From positions 110,735 to 174,734 of the forward strand of contig JAAOMT010000011.1 of the NCBI GenBank assembly GCA_016748015.1: DNA of 64,000 nucleotides. The letters are read 5' to 3'. A program made the translations under genes and the position numbers. Position 1 is the first letter of the stretch, and each line of letters opens with the position of its first letter. Below the pieces are notes generated by a model, which was not told the origin of the DNA, did no database searches, and worked only from the letters and a program-made list of their open reading frames with translations. Positions 22,985 through 36,847 of this stretch are shown in pieces. Source of the DNA: Geosiphon pyriformis uo1. Its lineage: Eukaryota > Fungi > Glomeromycota.

Positions 22985-25900
22985 TTTTTTTTTTATTAAG
23001 TTTAATGAGTATGGCCCAACCACTACCTAGTACTTTAAAACAAATTAAGTGTTCTAAACTAAGTGTAGTTCATGCACTTTCTACATGTAACCAGCTACTT
23101 AAGCCAGTTCAGACTATGCTACATTGCTACAACAGAAGTAAATTTACCCAAAGCTGACATTTTTTGAACTACATCAAATAATCTAATATTACAAAAAATT
23201 AACTCAACCAGCCATTCAGCTGTTTTTAAGAAATCAGTTTTAATACTATTAAGCTCATGTGTTCAAAGGGACATCAAATTAGAAAATGTATCATTATCAA
23301 TGCCAACTGGAAGATTTGAATTACCAGACATGTCAACATTATTCATGCAATACTTTTTTTTCAACAAAACCACTTTCCTCTTCAACTTACCAACAACTTT
23401 GCTAAAAGAACCCAGATAAACCATAAGTTCATTAATCTTAAGGCTAAAAACACTGCTTGAAACCAAATCACCATTAATGAACTGTTTAAATATAGTACTT
23501 AGGAAGCCAACAGGCTTAATAATTAATCCAATCAATACAGAAAGTTTGGTCAAATCAGATTCCAAAGAAAATAACTAAGACAGTACCAAAGAATTACCAA
23601 CAATAACAAAAGAGGAGCAAAAGTTGTTAAAGATAGAAACTCAAAGAAGCTTAAAGAAATAAAAGCTTTGGCATATGACTTAGAGTTTACAAAATATGAT
23701 ATTAATATCTTAAGAGCCTTAAGAAAAAAAGATAGAAACACTTTACAATTCACAGTCAGATAACCTACTTCTTAATACTTAAAACAGTCTTAACAGCCAG
23801 AAGTTTTTCACTAAATGTAGCATTTTTTTAGCATACCAGTTTTGTTTATAATAGCATTCAAATTCATTTAAAATCCAAACATAACTAGAACAAACCAAAA
23901 ACAATGACCAGAATCAAAAAAGTGAGGAATGAAATATGTTTGACCACCAACTTGAGAAATCATATTACTGATTTTAAAGACAGTACAACCAAAAAAAAAA
24001 TTAACCAACTTGGTATTAAACTTATTACAAGATATAATAATCTTATTTTGATTCACCAAAAAAAAAATTCTAATACTATCTTTATCTATCAAAACTGATC
24101 AATAATTCAAGATAGACACAACAGAGTCTAATTTTTTAAAATAAATAATCACATATTGCTAAATGCTAGTAGACTTTAGTATTATATAAACAATTTTACT
24201 AAACACATTAAGAGCTGTCTTAATATTAATAACAGATACACCCAAAAACATATTACACAGCACAACAACAATAAAAAAAGAACCAGACTTAAAAATCACC
24301 AAAGATTTGACAATTTTAAGAGTAACTAAACAAACAAAACTTGTAAATTCAACCAAAAAGACAACTTCTAAAATCTTTGAAAAATAAACTCCATACAGAA
24401 AAGCTTCATATTATTATAGAATAGTTTTTTTGGTATATTTAATTGCCGATATCCCATTTTAAATACAATTAATTTTTTGTAAGTTCTTCAATTCTATTTG
24501 TATGATAATATTACTGTTATACTAAAGACTTTCTCTTTAATGTTATGATGTAAGTTATTTCTTAATTCCTGATTGTTGTGTGTATTTATGTATTCCTTCT
24601 TAGAGATTAAACTAAAATCTACCTGCTGTCTGGGGTCTTTTCTGAGGCTATTCTTACAATTGTCTAATGTGTTTTTCTAATCTAAAAACATAGAATATTA
24701 ATGGCCTTTAGTGTTTTTTCTAATTCTTATAATAAAGCTTTTATCAATTAGTAACAATATGAATAATCTTGATCAGAAATTATTCTTTCAAGAGATTCAG
24801 TTGATAAATAATAGTTTCATTCAATAAATAATATAAGTAAGTTTTTTAACACATTGGATTCAGTTTTCAATATTCTTTTTTATTTTTTTTTGATTAAAGA
24901 TTTTTGTGGATATTTATTTTTAAAAGTAAAGACTAGAAGATAATTAAAGTGAAACTGTTAAATAATTGTTTTGTTAAATGATATTATTTTTTTTTAATAT
25001 TAAAGTTACTATATATATACATGTTTGTAATTTTACAAGAAAACACATTATAATATTTTCTTTTTGGTATTTTAACCTGGTGTTTATTACTATTACCAGT
25101 TAGTGTTAGCCACTATTACCAGTTAGTGTTAGCTGTTATTACCAGTTGGTGTTTACTATTATTATGAAATAATGCTTGTTACTATGTTAATTATTATCTT
25201 TCTAAGATTATTACTGTGTTATATTATAATTAGATAATTCATATTATTTTATAATTTTTTTGTTAAATTCTTGAACCATAACAACATTGTTCTTTAACAT
25301 TAATTTTACACTCAAAAAACCATGTATAGACTAAAAAGCAGTTTTAATATGAGCCAATTTAATCTTAAAAGTAGTATTAAACATCAAAATAAAGATTACC
25401 CACTCAGTAAATCTTTGAAAATCAAAAATAATTTTCCAAATATTACCAGTAACAATACCAAAAACCAGTAAAAAAAATAATTCAATTTTTATTTGGTCAA
25501 TTCAGTTCTCAAAAACAGATAACTTTATAAGAAATAATTGCTTTGCTTCTAAAACTAGTGATGATTTGTTGAAAAAAATTATATTTGGCAATACAACTAG
25601 TAATTAATCTTGGCTTATCTTAAACAATATGCCAAATAATACAACAGAAATCTCATTTAAAATCTTATTAAGAACCACAAAAGCTTTTAATATAACAATA
25701 AAAGAGACAAACAGCTGCTCCTATTTTTTTAAACTTTTGGTCTTTTTGACTATTTTTTTTAAAGAAGAGATACTGACAACACTTAGTATAAAAAATATAA
25801 GAAAGAAAACCAGTTTATTAACTGATTTGTTATTAAAAATTTTTGGGCTTTTTAAAAAAATAAAGACAATATTGAAACTAACTCAAATATGTCTTTTTGA

Positions 25901-26200
25901 AAGAATTTTAACTGGTAAAAAACCAGTCAAAAATAAAAAAATGCTTTAGCAGTTATTAAAGACAGCTTTTTATAATTATTAAGTAATAGAAAGGCTTTTA
26001 AAATATTCTGTCTAACTGCTTCTACAACAGAAAAAACTTTTCTGGTTGAAACTTTATAAGATACTAAAGAAAAAATATTAGTTGTAGTTTTTTTACTCTT
26101 TGCTTTGGTCATAATCATAAAATTAAGAAGACAAAAAGTTTGATTTTTTTAATTTTATCTTAATAATTTTTTATTTTTGGATCACAATAGCTCAAAAATT
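22985..26200 (-). mobile_element. ORF1-only non-autonomous LINE derivative (HAL1-like); best-preserved copy
   Basis: Decayed ~700-aa ORF (ATG ~26112 to stop 23119) with RRM-like segments and a degenerate CCHC knuckle, followed directly by a ~130-nt LINE-type 3' UTR and poly-A; no EN or RT. Confidence 0.82.
24412..25283 (-). mobile_element. Solo LTR (family D) inserted in the ORF1-only element; three 23-bp tandem repeats at ~25088-25157
   Basis: TATTATA...CATAACA termini; TSD ATAT/ACAT; host ORF rejoins as KNNV|KLFC. Confidence 0.8.
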
Positions 26201-26249
26201 TTTACTGTTAAAATAAATAATTTAAAACCAATATGATAACTTTAAAAAA

Positions 26250-26584
26250 TTTAGTAAATATAATTTTAGTAAGATTAGATTATTTGAGTATTGGTTTTAA
26301 TTTTATGTCTTTTTTTTTTTTATAATAACTGATCTAATTTGAAAATTTGGCATATGTAATATTAAAAATATGAATATTATTGTAAAACAAAATAATGTAG
26401 TTTATTGATATAAAAAAAATAGTTATTTTATTTTTATTTTAACAAATACTAAATTAAAAGATAGTATTAAGTCTTGAATTACAAATAAGTTTAATAAAGT
26501 TTAAATTTTTATATCTGATTTAAATTTAAATTTTTTGGATTTTAATATTGTAATTATTATAAATAATAATATAATTAAGTATAT
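26250..26584 (+). pseudogene. Old LINE relic (ORF1 end and endonuclease start); continues at ~47499-47640, with ORF1 pieces at ~21790-21866 and 22798-22970
   Basis: ATAACTGATCTAATTTGAAAATTTGGCATATGTAAT aligns to the ORF2 start of the other LINEs after G>A/C>T. Confidence 0.7.
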
Positions 26585-28414
26585 TGTTACTGGAGGTTTT
26601 TGGTCTCTTTTCTTAAATGTTGGTAATGTTAATTTGCTGTGAATTCACATTTTCAGAAAGTAGTTGGACCTCCAGTAACTGAATTTACCTTTAAATTATC
26701 TCTTATAATTTGAACTGCTGGACTTATAAGTAGAATGGCCAATTCCATGCCAGTTACTTTGTGTAGTTATGTTGTAGTAAATGTCAACTCTTTCCCAGGA
26801 ATTGCTCATCTGAAAGCTCACTAAAATATGTAGTTACTTTACTGTGAAAGTCAACTCTTTTACAAGAATCTCATCTGTAGGCTACCCTAATGATTGTAAT
26901 AAAAAAAGAAAAGAAAAGAAAATATAAAAAATATAAAAAAAATAGAATTTTATCAAGGGAAACGTTTTCTATCCAGGCCTGGAGTCACTAACAGTTTATT
27001 GAAATTGGTAGCTAATCAATTTCAAAACGTTAGTTGTGTTGAAAAAATTTCAAGTATAATAATTTAAGAATTTGGTTTTCGAATATTTAATTTTTATTTG
27101 ATTTTGTAAAAGGTGATTTGTTTCAATTAAGATATCTAAAGTAAGATACTATGGTAAAATACTATGAGAAGATATATTTTCTTAAAGAAAGAAGCTCTTC
27201 TTTTATACAACTTGTTGTAGTATTAGTCTTTGAACTTGCACTTTTCTCTTTTCTATAATTTGGGTGAACTAAAGATATATTTTGGCAAACTACAAGTTAT
27301 TTCTACAAATTATTGATTATTTCAGTGTTACAGGTAATTATTTGAGTCTCAAAGCAAATAACAAACCTGTAACTTAGTGCTCAATTGATATATTGATTGG
27401 TAATATCTGAAGGTTGTTGGTATCTGAAGGTTTTGGGTTAAGTCCTTTGTATAATAAACAAAAATTCAAGTGTTGTCTTTCCAATAGCCTCCCAGAATTA
27501 CAATTCCATCAAATTTTTTTCTCAGTGTGATGGCTAGTAATCTTGGCAGAGATGCCCTTCTGGTAAGCTATCTGTTAATATATATAATTCTTATACCCTT
27601 TCTTTGGGGTTTTTTACCAATGTTACAGGTAATTATTTCTGTAGTGGAATTAAATAACAAATCTGTAACTTGGTGCTCAAATCAAGTCGTGGGTGATAAT
27701 GATCTGAAGGTTTGTATCTGAAGGTTTTTGTATCTGAAGGTTTTGGTCAAGTTCTTTGTATAATGGACAGAGATTCAATGGTGAGAGTTTTATTCATAGC
27801 TTTCTGAAACTGCAGTTTCATCAATTTTTTTCTCAGCTTGATGGCCGGTATTCCTCCTGGTAAGCTATCCTCAATCGAGTGTTCTACCCTTATTTCTGGG
27901 TCTTTTACCAGTCATGTTTATCCTGACATTAGTGCCCCGTGCATTAATCCTCAATAGAGTTAGTAAACAACAATAAACTCAAAGTAAGAAAATAAAGAAA
28001 AGAAAAGAAAATAAAGAAAGAAAAGAAATAAGTCAAGGCAATTTGCAAGTTAGTATTCTGTCAATAGCCATGATTAAGAACTATTATTCCAGTGTGGTTA
28101 AGTGTTGATTACTATTAACATGAAATATTGATAGTGGAAATGGATTTAAGATAACAAATAGTTATTTATTAGATGGTTGTGATTTGGTGAGTTGCTTAGA
28201 TTAAATCTAAACTTGGGAGATCTGTTTTTTCAGCTTCTAATCCTACTGCTATATATACATAATTGAGATTCCTCAATTCTTCAATTCTTTGCAACAGGAA
28301 TCCTGGGATTTCTGATGAGAGGAATTCTGGAATTCCACATTTACTATGTCTATCTCTGATTGGCTAATATTTATTGACTAATAATACTATATTTCCTATA
28401 TTCTATGAGTAACA

Positions 28415-28430
28415 TTATTCCCTCCTTTTA
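28415..28430 (-). promoter_or_regulatory. Polypurine tract of element B
   Basis: AAAAGGAGGGAATAA immediately before the 3' LTR. Confidence 0.85.
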
Positions 28431-28433
28431 ATA

Positions 28434-29087
28434 TTAAGCTCCATCAAAATCTAATTTTTTTAATTCCTCCTCTTGAAGTATTTTCTGAATTTTGTTTTTG
28501 AAAATTACTTGTGTTATTTGAGTCTGTAATTCTTCAAATTGAGCATTGGTGATTTTTCTTAATTGATTACTGGTAATCATATTCATTGCTTTGTTGAGTA
28601 GGATTTCTGGTCGATTCTGAAATGCTGTGTGTATTCGGTATATAGCTCGAGCTTGTGTAGATAAGTTGTTTTTCTCCACAAAATATTCTAGTTGTTGTCA
28701 TATTGTTGTATCAAATAACTGCTTTGTTTTATCTGTATATAAGTTCTAGATATTCACGTGTTGTCCCAAGTAAAAGTAACAATAATTTTTTGGAAATTGT
28801 TGTGTCCACCAAGTCCAAGTTTCTCTGGTAAGTTCTTGGTGTAATCTGACTATTTGTTGTTCTTTTATGGCCACTTTTATTTTGGTTATGATCTTGTCAA
28901 CAACATTTTCAAGTCTTTTCTGTGCTTTGTTTTGTGGTATCTTTGCCATATTTTTGTAATGAATAGTTTGTTGATTAATGGTAATTTTCATCTCCTGGTG
29001 TTGAATTAATTGAAAAATTTGTTGGGTTAGTGAATGGATATTGTCTGTAATTTCCATTTTTCTGATCTCTTCTGTCACGTTGACCAT
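28434..29087 (-). pseudogene. Element B extra ORF3 (env position), helical protein of unknown function, two internal stops
   Basis: ORFs 28746-29114 and 28434-28679 are in frame; motifs shared with ORF3 of element A. Confidence 0.75.
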
Positions 29088-29110
29088 GTTCTTATATATT
29101 CTTTTGTCAA

Positions 29111-32100
29111 TCAATTGGATGTGTTGTTGTCAATGATAATGATTGGTTCCAGATCTTGTGGAATCTCATTTAGTTGGACTAGTATTCTTTGTACTCTTAA
29201 TTGTAGAATATTACTGGTGAATGATGATGCTATATGGTGGTATGGTTTCAGTTGATCTCTATGTGCTGCTTTGGTCAAGATTTTGTTATTCAATCTTAAT
29301 TTGTAAGCTCCATTTCCTAGAATTTCTTCTATGTAAAATGGTTTGTCCCATTTGGGATCAAATTTTCCACTCCATTGTTTTTCCACTTTGGTACGATGTA
29401 GTAGTATTTTGTTTCCAATTTTGAATTCAACTGGTTTATCTGGTAGTTGGTTATCATGTCTTTCTTTTTGTTTCTCTTGTGACTTTTGTATATTATTAGC
29501 TGCTCTTCGTCATTTGTTTTTTAATGTTTCCATTAAGTTATATGTTCTTCTCAACAATGTGTTTCTGAAATTTTCTTTTGTTATTGGTTCGGTTGGGTAT
29601 GTGCTAACTTTTATTTCTACTGGTAGTGTTGCTGTTCTATTATATATTAATTTAAATGGTGTTGTTTGTGTAGTATCTTGCTTTATTGTCTGATAAGCAA
29701 ATAGTACTGATAGTATCAACAAATCCCAATTGTTCTGGTTTTCTTGGCTGAGCTTAGCTATTGTTTCACACAATGTTCTGTTGAATCTTTCAACTAATCC
29801 GTTGGTTTGTAGATAATATGGTAATGAGAGTGGTCTCTTAATTCCGAATTTTTGGCTTAATTCTGTTAATGTTCTGTTCACAAAATGAGTTCTTTGGTCT
29901 GATAATAATTCCTTTGGACATCCATGTTGACAAATCAAATCCTGGTAAATGAATTTGGCAATGGATTCTGCATCCGCTCTTTGAATTGCTTTTGCCTCTG
30001 GCCATTTAGTAAGATAGTTCATGGCTACTGCTATGTATCTGTTTCCTCTGCTGGTAATTGTTAATGGTCTGACTAAATCAATTCCAATATGGTCAAATGG
30101 TTGTTCTACTTTGATTGGTCTTAATGGTTCACTGGGTTTCATATTTCCTCTTCGCTGACAAACATCACAATTTTGAACATATTGAATGATGTCTAGATAC
30201 ATTGATGGCCAATAGTATCTTTTTCTGGTTCTTTTCATAGTTGCTTCTTTGTAAAATTGTCCTGCTGTTGAATTTGAGTACATGTTGAATAATATTGTCT
30301 TTTTTTCTGGCTCTGTAATTACTCTGATTGGTTGCTCTAGATTTCTTCTATTTTTCTGATAAAGTATATTTTGGTGAGTGATAAAATATTTTGATTGTTG
30401 TTTAATACTCTTTTGTTCCATTTGAGATAAATTCTCCTTGAACTGTTGAGTGTTTATATAATGTTGCAGTTGTTAATATTTTTATATGTTCATCTTTTGT
30501 TATATTTTTTATTGGTATTGTTTTGGTTTTGTTATATTTTTGGATTTGAAATGTTCTTAGATTTGTCTTATTCATGACAAACCATTAACATTTCTGTTGT
30601 TTTTTCCCTTTTTATAATGTATAGTATAATTATATGGTGTGAGTGCCATTTTCTATCTTGACTGTCTTCTATCTCCAAATTCTTGTTTTTGAAGTGATGT
30701 TAATCCTTTGTGATCTGTGTATATTTCAAACTTCTGGCTCAAGTATTCTTTCTATTTTATGACTGCCCAATATATTGCTAAGTGTTCTTGCTCTGGTGTT
30801 CCATAGTTCTTTTCGGCTGGTGTTAAACCTCTGCTGGCATATGCTACTAAATGTTCTCTGCTGTCTAGTCCTCTCTGAGATAGTACTGCTCCCAATGCTT
30901 GGCCGGATGCATCAGTGGTGATAATGAATGGTTTGCTGTGATCTGGATAGATTAGTACTGGGGCTTGAATGAGCTTTCTTTTCAGAATATTGAAAGCTTC
31001 TTGTTGACTTTCTGTCTATTCATATTTTGTATTCTTGGTTTGCAGTTGGTTAAGTGGTTGTGCTATCTTGGAAAAGTTCTTGATAAAATGTTGATAGTAG
31101 CTGGCAAATTCCAAGAATGATTTTAGTTCTGTCATATTGGTCAGCACTGGAAAGTTTTTTACTATTTCTATTTTCTCTGGATCCATTTTGATGCTGTTTT
31201 TGCTGACTATGTGTCCCAAGAATTTTAGTTCTGTCTTGCCAAAGAAGCATTTCATTGCATTTAACTTTAATCCTGCTCTTCTTAGTCTCTCGAATACTTG
31301 TTGAAGATGATAAAGATGATCATCAAATGTTTTTGAGAATACATTGGTGTCGTTCAAGTATACAACTACTGATTTCCACAATAAGCCAGTATAAACAATT
31401 TCCATTAGCTGTTGGAAAGTGGCTGGTGCATTGGTTAAACCGAATGGCATCACTTCAAATTCGAAATTCTTTTCTCTCATGGTGAATGCCATCTTTTCTT
31501 TGTCAGCTGAATCCATGGCTACTTGTCAGTAACCACTGTCCAAATCTAATGTTGAGAACCATTTATTCCTGTCAAAAGCATTAAATAATTTTTGTATCTG
31601 TGGAGTTGGATAGCTGTCTCCACGAGTTATATCATTGAGTTTTCTGTAGTCCACACAAAATCAGATCTTTCCATTTTTCTTACAGACGAGTACCACTGGT
31701 GATAACCATGGACTTATTGATGACTAAATTAGTCCGTTGTTAAGCATTTGGTTTATCTCTTGACAAATAATCTCGTGATTGGCTGGTGGCACTTTGTATG
31801 CTCTTTGTTTAATTGGCATTGCCTTTCCAGTCTTGATCTGATGCTGGATGATATCAGTTTGGCCAAACTCATTTTTACTGGCAAAGATGTCATTGAACTG
31901 GTTGAGCAACATCTTGAGTTGCATATATTGGAGTGGATCTAGATTTTCCATGTTCATTTGTTCTAATTGTTCTGGTTGGAGCAAATAACATTTGTCTCAT
32001 CCATAGATTGTTTGTGATGTGATGTCAACATATCCACAAAGTTGTGGAAAGTCTGGAATGGGGTTTGGTGGTTGATCATCTATTTCAGTATTTAAGTATC

Positions 32101-35100
32101 CAATGGTGGTTCCGTTTGGTATTACTATAACATTTCCTGTGTTGTTGTAGATGGGAATTTTGATGTGGCTGTAATCTTTGGCTGGTATGTGGAGATTGAT
32201 GAGTCCAATCTCTCCTGATTTGCAAAGAGTTGGTTCTGCTTCAAAAATCTGATTCTGTTCTTTTACCTTCTTTTTTATTGCTAGCATGTATTGGTTATAT
32301 GATGGAATAGAAATAGCTTGACTGATTGAGATAATTTCTCCTTGGCTAATAATTTCTTTCTCCATCATATTAATTGGTATATCTATTTTACCCATTAACC
32401 CAAATCTTTGTATCCCTCTTGTTGTTATTCCTAACTCTTCTCTGTTTCCCACTGGTACTAATTGAGCTATTTTAACCAAAGGTAAGAATATTGCCTGTGC
32501 TATTTTTTCATTTGGCTCTATTATATAGGCCTTTTCTGAGTTATTTTATAGCATGGTGATGATATTTCCTATATATCTTGCATCAATTATTCCTCTTCTT
32601 ATATTAATCTCTCTTTTTGCTAAACTACTCCTAGATGTTAATTGAACCATTGTTGTTGCCAGAATTTTTAGTGCTACTTTTAGATCAATGCAGGTGCATG
32701 AATGTGGTTCCAATTTGATGGCCTCTTTTTCTGGATACCTCAGATCAAATCTGGCATCAGTATTATGTGCACGTTCAGACCTGATACCCTTATCATTATT
32801 ACTAAACCATTTTAGTTCTAATTTCCTGGTGAGGTCAGAGATTGCGATATATTGTTTGCATTTTGTATCGGAGTTTAAATCTGAATTGGAATCAGTATTG
32901 TTGTTGTTGCCATATTGAATGAAGCTGGAACCAGTGTTTTCATTGTCGTCGTTGTCGGAGTTTGAATTGGGATTGAAAATTGATTTCAATTCTGATGCGC
33001 AGCTGCTGATTGGTTTTTCATTTTCAGAGATTGTGTAGATCATGCATGGTGGTGGATTGTAAATGAGGTTACAATCATTACAATACTCAAAGTCACTGGG
33101 AATTAAACAATGGCAACCAGTCTTGTATTCAACTGTGCTAACCATTGTTTTTGTTCTTCTCTAGTGGATGCCAGGTTCTGGTAGTGTTCGTAGAACTTTT
33201 CTGGTTCCAGAAAATTTATGACTGGCTCTGCGTTCCAGTCAAGCTTGATGGGTTTTGGTGGGTTGTTTTTAATTATCCTGATTTTTTCTGGCGACGCGTC
33301 TTCAATTTTGGCACTTGCCATTCGCTATAATTCATCATCGTTGTGTAGATAACTGTCCAATCATTGTACAGTTCTTCTCCAAGTGGCTTTTATCGGCATC
33401 TCTTTTTGTACCCAGTTGCTAATAAGAATTGTGTATTGACATGATATGTCACATGTTCCTCCATGTCCAGGAATATTGTTCCACATTCCTTCATTGAGGA
33501 GGGTCTCCCCACAAGCTAAGCATGATTGGTTGTCCTATTTTCCTATATGTTCTGGTCTCCCAAAGCATTCAAGGATGCATGGGCAGCAATAGAACTTAGT
33601 TGCCATTGAATATTCCTTATTGTCGCCACAGCATGTGCCCATTGACGACAACTTCTTGCCGCAATCGACGCATATAAGCTTAGATCAACAATAGTTAGAT
33701 CATTATGGTATAGTGTAGGTATTATAAGTGATGGTGGTTTAGATGGTCTCTTCTTCTCTTTCTTTTCCTTTCCCTTTATCTTCTTTGTTTTCTTCCCATT
33801 CCCAGCTGGAAGTTAATTCACTCTTATTATTGTCAGTCCATGTCAAATCATCAGTTTTCCAGGTAAGTTCTTTCTTCTGTTTTCTTTTCCCGTCATCATT
33901 TCAGGCAAGTATTGGCAGCAGTTTGTTGTGGTCGATGTCAGTTCATAACACTTGGTATGCTTCTCAGGTAGGTTTTGGCTTTCTTCCTTGAAGTCAATTA
34001 GTGGTGTTGTGGTATTGGTTGCCTTGAAGTGGCCACACATGGCTAGTACCCGTGTGTGTCATCCATTCTGACTGAGCTGAAGTTCTTGTGTGGTCCAGTC
34101 AAGCACAGTATTGGTTTTGACTAGCCAATTATTACCAACTAGTGCTTGGTACTGAATTGCTTCTATTACCAAAATCTTAATGGGGGTAACAATGCCATTG
34201 ACTTCAATTGAGAAGTCATCAATTTCGCCAATAGGTGTTTTCGTGGTGCCATCTGCAGTGATAATTCTAGTGCTGGCAGTCCAATCAACTTGGTGACCTA
34301 ATTGATTCATGAGTTGCTTGGTAATAATGCTGTCTGCTGAACTGCTATCAAGGATGAGTTTGATAGGGTGTCCATCTACTTTTGCATCAGTGTACATTGC
34401 TGTAATGGGTTTCTCTTCAAGGGCGGCTCCACTGAATAATATTAATGGGAATGGTTCTTCAAGTTCAAAAAGAAAAATAGCTGCTAAGGATTCATTATTG
34501 GTGACAGTGACTGGAGATATGTTGCTGGTAAGTATCACTTGTTGGTTGGTTTCTGAATGGTTGGAAGTGGTGTCTTCTGGGATAACCAGGAGACTTAAAT
34601 AGTTCTGGAAATTTGGGTTTTGGGTGGCACTGGTACCCGAATTCTGAGAACGCAATCCTGATGGTGGATTAGAAGAACTGGGGATCAGTTGGTGGACAAC
34701 CATTACTGATCTCCAGTTTTGTGTGATTCTAAGTTTGGTGTCCTGATGTCATATTAACTAAATTTTGGGGCGGCGTCTAAATTGATTGGGGTTGATAAAT
34801 TACTTGAGGCTGCGGCTAATAAATGACTGGTGGTTGTGGTGGATAAATTGTTGGTGGCTGCGGCTAATAAATTGGAGGTTAATATACTGGTGGTTGATAG
34901 ATTGGCTGCTGCATTATGGGCAGGTAAGTGGTTTGATATTGGTCTTGATTTGGGTGGCAATTCTGAGTCTGAAATCTGTGATTGGGGTTTCGATATTGAT
35001 TTTCTGATCATGGATTGTTGCTATAAAATCTGCAGTCTGCTCTTATGTGTCCTTGTTTACCACAATTATGGCAAATATGTGTTTCTGGCTGCCACGACTA

Positions 35101-36798
35101 ATTAGGCGCTACTGATGATAATGAACGCGACTAATTTTGGAAATGATTTGTATTTCCTGAATTATTACGTTGTTGTGGTGATTGATAAATGGCACGATTG
35201 TTAGCTAAGTATCCTTCTAATTTCTGATTAATTGAATCACTAAATTGTTTCAATTTGGAATCCAATTTAGATGATTCATTCATCACTAGGTTTATGGTAT
35301 GGGCATGATTGGCTTTAGACTCAGCTGATTTGAAATCTCTGGCACATGTAACTGCCTCTTGAAGGGTGCTTAAATGCAATGGGCATACATGTTGCAAAAT
35401 GCTGCTGCACAGGCCATAGATAAACTGGTTGAGGATTTGTGGTGCTGTGAAATAGTTGGTGTCAATTGCCTGGATCTGGCACAGATTTCTATGGAAGTGT
35501 TCCAGGTAAGTGGTGACTGTTTCAGTTTCTCCTTGCTTTATGGTGGTAAATGTATTGACTAGGTGGTTGATACTGTTATTGTTGTTGAAGTATCTTAAAA
35601 ATTCCACTTTGAAGGCATTGAAGTCTTGTGGTTTATTGATCAAGCTTTAATATCATAAATTGGCAGTATCTTTGAAAAAATAGGGAATGGCTTGCATTGC
35701 TCAAGTGTTATTCCATCCGTTGGCTGTGATGGCTTTTTTCACATCATTCAGCCATACTTGAGTGTCGTTTTTTTTGCCAGTAAAATTATCCAGTTTCGCA
35801 ATTGGTGTGTAAGCCATTGGATCTAAGTTGAATGGTTGTGGTGGCTGTTAAAGCAGTTGTTGATTTTGTTAAGGTGGTAGTTGAAGTGGCTGCTGAATGA
35901 GTTCGGCTATTGAATCAATTGGTGGTTGATCAATGACGATTACTGGAGGTAAGTTTAGTTGATTAATTAGATCGAGATTTCAGTTATTCTGAGTTGGTGG
36001 TGTCTGAATATTCGGAGTTTCAACTTCTGAATTTACTGACTTTAAATTTTGCTGATTCTGAAGATTTAGAGTTTCAAATTCCGGGTTTTCAGTGATTGGG
36101 TTTTGGTAAGTAAATTCTTGATCTTCCAATTTCTCTTCTTCTTTTTCTTCAGATAGTTCCCATGGGGTAGTGGTTCCAAAGTCTGGTTGGGGTGGTGGTG
36201 ATCAAATTCTTGATGGTGTTGGTGATCATGATTTAAATCCTTCAAAATATTTGCTGTATGGTCTTAGTAGATCTGTTTTCTTTTGTTTACTTTGGAATGG
36301 AAATTGTCCGAATGTTGATATTGTATTTGAGATGGACGCACTTACTGATGTTATATTGATGGCACTTCCTGATGTGTAGTAATAGGATGGAGCAGTTGGT
36401 GCTTCAATTCTTTGTTTCTTCCAGATTGATAGTTGTATTCCTTTAAGCATTACTGCTGGTGTTTGTAACCTTCCTTTGCCTTTATCTGCATAGATGATAA
36501 AAAATTGTTGTTGAGTGTACTTTTCAATAGTTTGGTTGATTTCTCTGATTATTGGTGTGAAACTATAGTTCTTTGGTAAGTTGGTGTGTTGGAATAATTC
36601 TGTGTAAAAGTATTCTCTTGCTGCTTCAATGTTAACTGTTTCTCCTAAGCATTCAGTGATTTTGTCATTGATGTAGAAATTAAAGGTGGATTTGGCTGGG
36701 TAATAATTACTGTTTAATCCTAATTGTTGGCTGTATTGTTGAAACAAGGATTTCACAAATCCTAAATGGTTTGCTCCTATATTTTCTGATTCTGCCAC
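29111..36798 (-). pseudogene. gag-pol: Element B gag-pol: pre-Gag, capsid, CCHC, protease, Cys-rich domain, dUTPase, RT, RNase H, integrase with GPY/F
   Basis: CHNCGKQGHIRADC, LILDS, MPFGLTNAPATF, YLND (YLDD), TDASG, CDVC, GLVERFNRTL. Confidence 0.95.
32385..32800 (-). pseudogene. dut: dUTPase domain in pol of element B
   Basis: Motifs DARFDL, RSSLA, GIIDARYIG, KIAQ, RGIQRFG. Confidence 0.92.
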
Positions 36799-36847
36799 TT
36801 TTAGATAGTGTTTGTTGATGTTGGTTCTCTGTAAGATTATATTTCAC

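Noticed and set aside
34700-34760. Programmed gag-pol frameshift in element B
   Set aside because: Several decay indels confound the frames and element A is single-frame; needs a consensus sequence
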